Positions 61,037-64,000 of a stretch of DNA of 64,000 nucleotides are shown in pieces. A program made the translations under genes and the position numbers. The DNA comes from Candidatus Multivoradales bacterium (lineage in GTDB: Bacteria > Acidobacteriota > Thermoanaerobaculia > Multivoradales > JAHEKO01). Location of the stretch: positions 1,245,892 to 1,309,891 of the forward strand of contig CBDCVR010000015.1 of the NCBI GenBank assembly GCA_965223155.1, read 5' to 3'. The notes under the pieces were generated by a model. That model saw only the letters and a list, made by a program, of their open reading frames with translations, did not search any database and was not told the origin of the DNA. Numbering within the stretch: the stretch's first letter is position 1; every line of letters starts with the position of its first letter.

Positions 61037-64000
61037 ATGAGAAACAGCGTCTTACGCAAGCTTGTCGCCTTGGGTGTCGTCGCCGTCCTGGGCGCCGTGG
61101 GTTTCGCGGTTGCTCAGGAGGAGACCGGCAACGTCTACGTCGTTGCCACCGACACCGAGGGAGGCAGGCTACCGGGCGTGACGACGACTCTGGACTGCGG
61201 CGCAGGCGCCCAAGTCCAGATCACTGACGGTCAGGGGCAAGCTCGCTTCCTGGCGATCGACCCGGGCAATTGTCAGCTGACGCTCCAACTGGATGGCTTC
61301 GGTACCGTCGAGTACCCGGCCGTCAACGTTCGTGTTGCGCGCAACACCAACGTCGAGGCGACGCTCTCCGCCGCCGTGACGGAGACCATCACGGTCACGT
61401 CCGAGAGTCCTCTTCTCGATGAGAAGAAGATCGGCGCGGGTACGACGATCTCGCAGGTCGAGCTGGAGAAGATCCCGACCGCCCGCGATCCGTGGTCGGT
61501 GCTTTCCCAGACCCCGGGCGTCATGGTCGATCGCATCAACGTCGGCGGCAACGAAAGTGGCCAGCAGTCGAGCTTCACCGGCCCGGGCGTGTCGGATGAC
61601 GAGAACGCCTTCCTCGTGGATGGCGTCGAGATCACCGACATGGCGGCCGTTGGCTCGTCCGCTACCTACTACGACTTCGACCAGTTCACCGAGATGCAGT
61701 TCTCGACGGGTGGCACCGACGTCACCAAGTCGGGAGCCGGCGTTTCGGTCAACCTGGTGACGAAGCGTGGCACCAACGAGTTCCGCGGTTCGGCCCGCAT
61801 CCTGCGCACCGACTCGAACGCGTTCGACGTCTTCACCCAGACGATCAACGTGCTGCATTCCGGCAACGCGGACCTGGCCCACAACCAGTCGGGCTTCGTC
61901 GGCAACAGCATTCGCCAGATCACGGAATACGGCCTCGAGGCCGGTGGTCCGGTGATGCGCGACAAGCTCTGGTTCTGGGGCTCGTTTGGCAACAACGACA
62001 TCCGCAACCGCACCGGCGGCACGACGCTGGCCGACGTCCAGAGCGATGACACCGTGCTCGAGAACACCGCGTTCAAGTTCAACGCGTCGCTTTCGGGCTC
62101 GAACTCGGCTCAGGGTTCGTGGAACAACGGTGACAAGCAGAAGTTCGGCCGGAACGCCAGCCCGACCCGCCCCCAGGCCACGGCCTGGAACCAGCGTGGT
62201 CCCTCGGCGGTCATCAAGTTTGAGGACACCCACGTCTTCAACTCGAACTTCTTCCTCGGTGGCACCTGGGCGAAGGTGGACGGCGGCTTCGGCCTGACCT
62301 GCATCGCCTGCGCCGGCGCCGGCAGCCTCGAGGCCACGCCCGAGACTTCCTGGACCGCCGATGGTGTCTGGCAGAACAGCTTCCTTTCGGGGAACTCGAG
62401 CCGTCCGTCGGAAGAGATCAAGGTTGACGGTAACTACTTCTTCAACACCGGTTCGACCAACCACGAGATCAAGTTCGGCGCTCGCGAGCGCAACTTCGAG
62501 ACCGTGAGTAACTTCAACTGGGCCGGCCGCGACATCTTCACGGTCGACTTGGGCCTGTTCGGCGTTCCGGGTAACACCGAGTACGTGGTCGCCCACCGTG
62601 GCGCGACGCCTCTGATCTCGCAGGACTACACGTCCTTCTGGGCTCAGGACACGATCAGCGCCGGTGACTGGACGGTCAACGTCGGTTTCCGTTGGGATCA
62701 GCAGGAGGGCTTCAACGAGACCTTCTCGATTCCGGCGAACCCCGCGTTCCCGGATTTGCTTCCGGCTCTGTCGATCAACGGCATCGATCCCGGTTTCGAC
62801 TGGGACAACATCTCACCGCGTATCGGCGTGACCTACGCTCTGGGTGAGGAGAACAAGACTCTCCTCCGGGCGAGCTTCGCTCAGTTCCCCGAGCAGCTCC
62901 AGACCGACGACATCCAGCAGGTCAACCCGCTGGGCGACGCCTACGCCTACCTGATCTATGAGGATGCCAATGGCGACCTCGGTTACCAGGAGGGTGAAAC
63001 CATCCTCGGTCTCGACGGTGCCACCAACTTCGATCCGTCGAACCCTGGTTCCACGGTTAGCCCGAACCGGGTTGATCCGAACCTGGAGGCTCCGCTGACG
63101 GACGAGATCCTGTTGTCGGTCGAACACGCGTTCCTGCCCGAGTTCGTGGCCGGGTTCAGCTTCACGATGCGCAACACCAGCGATCTGCTGCCGGACGTGG
63201 ATACGGAGGCCTTGCGCGAGATCATCGTCGACCCGGTGACCGGTCAGACCCGCGTCACCACGGCGGCCGATTTCGTGTCGGATGGCTCGGTAAGCGGCAC
63301 GCTGCCCGACGGTTCGACCTACAACCAGCCGGTCTTTGCGATCTTCTGTGGCAGCGCCTGCCGAACGGGCGGGACGTTGCTCGAGAACACCGATCGTGAG
63401 ATCGAGTACCAGGGGTATGGCGTCAACTTCATCAAGCGCCTGTCCAACCGTTGGATGCTTCGTGGCTACTTCAACTACGGCGACGCCGAGTACAATCTGG
63501 GCAGCTCCTACATCGCGAACTACGACCCGAACAACGAAGAGGGTGCGTTCGACGATGCCAACGGTTTGTTTGCGGTCCAGGCTGCCGGTTCCGGTGCCAA
63601 GCAGGACGTGTTCCTCCAGAGCACGTACCAGTGGAACCTGAACGGCATGTACCAGGTCGCTCCCGACCGTCCGTGGGGCTTCAACGTTGCGGCCAATCTC
63701 TTTGGTCGTGAAGGTACCCCGCTGCCGTACTACCACCGGGCTCGCCAGTCCGATGGCATCCGGCGCGACATTCAGGTCACGAGCGAGATCGACTCGTTCC
63801 GTTCGGACGACGTCAACACCGTCGATCTGCGGCTCGAGAAGGAGTTCGCAGCGACCGGGAACGTCGGGTTCACGGTCAGTCTCGACGCGTTCAACCTGCT
63901 CGACGAGAGCTTTGTGTTGCAGCGCCGTCGTCAGACGAATACCGGCAACTTCGACTGGGTCACCGAGACTCTGTCGCCACGGATTTTCCGTCTGGGCGTC
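61037..64000 (+). CDS. Large TonB-dependent receptor (Oar-like, carboxypeptidase-regulatory-like N-domain); runs off the window
   Basis: AAGGAGG RBS, MRNSVLRK signal peptide, ETITVTSESPLLD, IPTARDPW, ending PRIFRLGV; absent from the ORF track because no stop lies in the window. Confidence 0.92.
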   Translation, partial: MRNSVLRKLVALGVVAVLGAVGFAVAQEETGNVYVVATDTEGGRLPGVTTTLDCGAGAQVQITDGQGQARFLAIDPGNCQLTLQLDGFGTVEYPAVNVRVARNTNVEATLSAAVTETITVTSESPLLDEKKIGAGTTISQVELEKIPTARDPWSVLSQTPGVMVDRINVGGNESGQQSSFTGPGVSDDENAFLVDGVEITDMAAVGSSATYYDFDQFTEMQFSTGGTDVTKSGAGVSVNLVTKRGTNEFRGSARILRTDSNAFDVFTQTINVLHSGNADLAHNQSGFVGNSIRQITEYGLEAGGPVMRDKLWFWGSFGNNDIRNRTGGTTLADVQSDDTVLENTAFKFNASLSGSNSAQGSWNNGDKQKFGRNASPTRPQATAWNQRGPSAVIKFEDTHVFNSNFFLGGTWAKVDGGFGLTCIACAGAGSLEATPETSWTADGVWQNSFLSGNSSRPSEEIKVDGNYFFNTGSTNHEIKFGARERNFETVSNFNWAGRDIFTVDLGLFGVPGNTEYVVAHRGATPLISQDYTSFWAQDTISAGDWTVNVGFRWDQQEGFNETFSIPANPAFPDLLPALSINGIDPGFDWDNISPRIGVTYALGEENKTLLRASFAQFPEQLQTDDIQQVNPLGDAYAYLIYEDANGDLGYQEGETILGLDGATNFDPSNPGSTVSPNRVDPNLEAPLTDEILLSVEHAFLPEFVAGFSFTMRNTSDLLPDVDTEALREIIVDPVTGQTRVTTAADFVSDGSVSGTLPDGSTYNQPVFAIFCGSACRTGGTLLENTDREIEYQGYGVNFIKRLSNRWMLRGYFNYGDAEYNLGSSYIANYDPNNEEGAFDDANGLFAVQAAGSGAKQDVFLQSTYQWNLNGMYQVAPDRPWGFNVAANLFGREGTPLPYYHRARQSDGIRRDIQVTSEIDSFRSDDVNTVDLRLEKEFAATGNVGFTVSLDAFNLLDESFVLQRRRQTNTGNFDWVTETLSPRIFRLGV

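Noticed and set aside
61169-63736. Minus-strand ORFs of 475 and 307 aa
   Set aside because: Shadows of the plus-strand TonB-dependent receptor starting at 61037.
47033-64000. Second att site (duplicated tRNA-Glu 3' end)
   Set aside because: No copy of gggttcgaatcccgtacgcgctacca was seen by eye; it is either deleted or outside the window, so no right boundary is called.

Overview
GC-rich bacterial chromosomal window. The Oar-like TonB-dependent receptors and the TPR/GerMN/amidase genes suggest Acidobacteriota (inference only). In order: trkAH, a TonB-dependent receptor, a four-tRNA operon, a non-flagellar chemosensory cluster (cheA-cheW-MCP-HEAT-cheR-cheB plus divergent REC/GAF/DUF4388-MshEN genes), a cobalamin riboswitch with btuBFDC, a complete F1Fo ATP synthase operon with unusual features, and housekeeping/cell-wall genes (S9 peptidase, ftcD, mpl, rph, murI, GerMN, amidase). 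A large-serine-recombinase island then starts at tRNA-Glu(CTC). It carries the most interesting locus: a tightly coupled seven-gene defence-like operon made of XRE-ImmA/IrrE peptidase, PIN nuclease, HNH-SAVED effector, CD-NTase, E2-SEC-C, an MfnB-like TIM barrel lacking one catalytic lysine, and an REase-NACHT protein cut by IS256. Downstream, a dispersed motif GTGCC(A/G)CNC(A/G)ATT, mostly preceded by short tandem duplications ending at its GTG(C), marks the IS256 break point and brackets an AraC cassette. The window ends in a second large TonB-dependent receptor. All calls come from reading motifs by eye; no searches were run.
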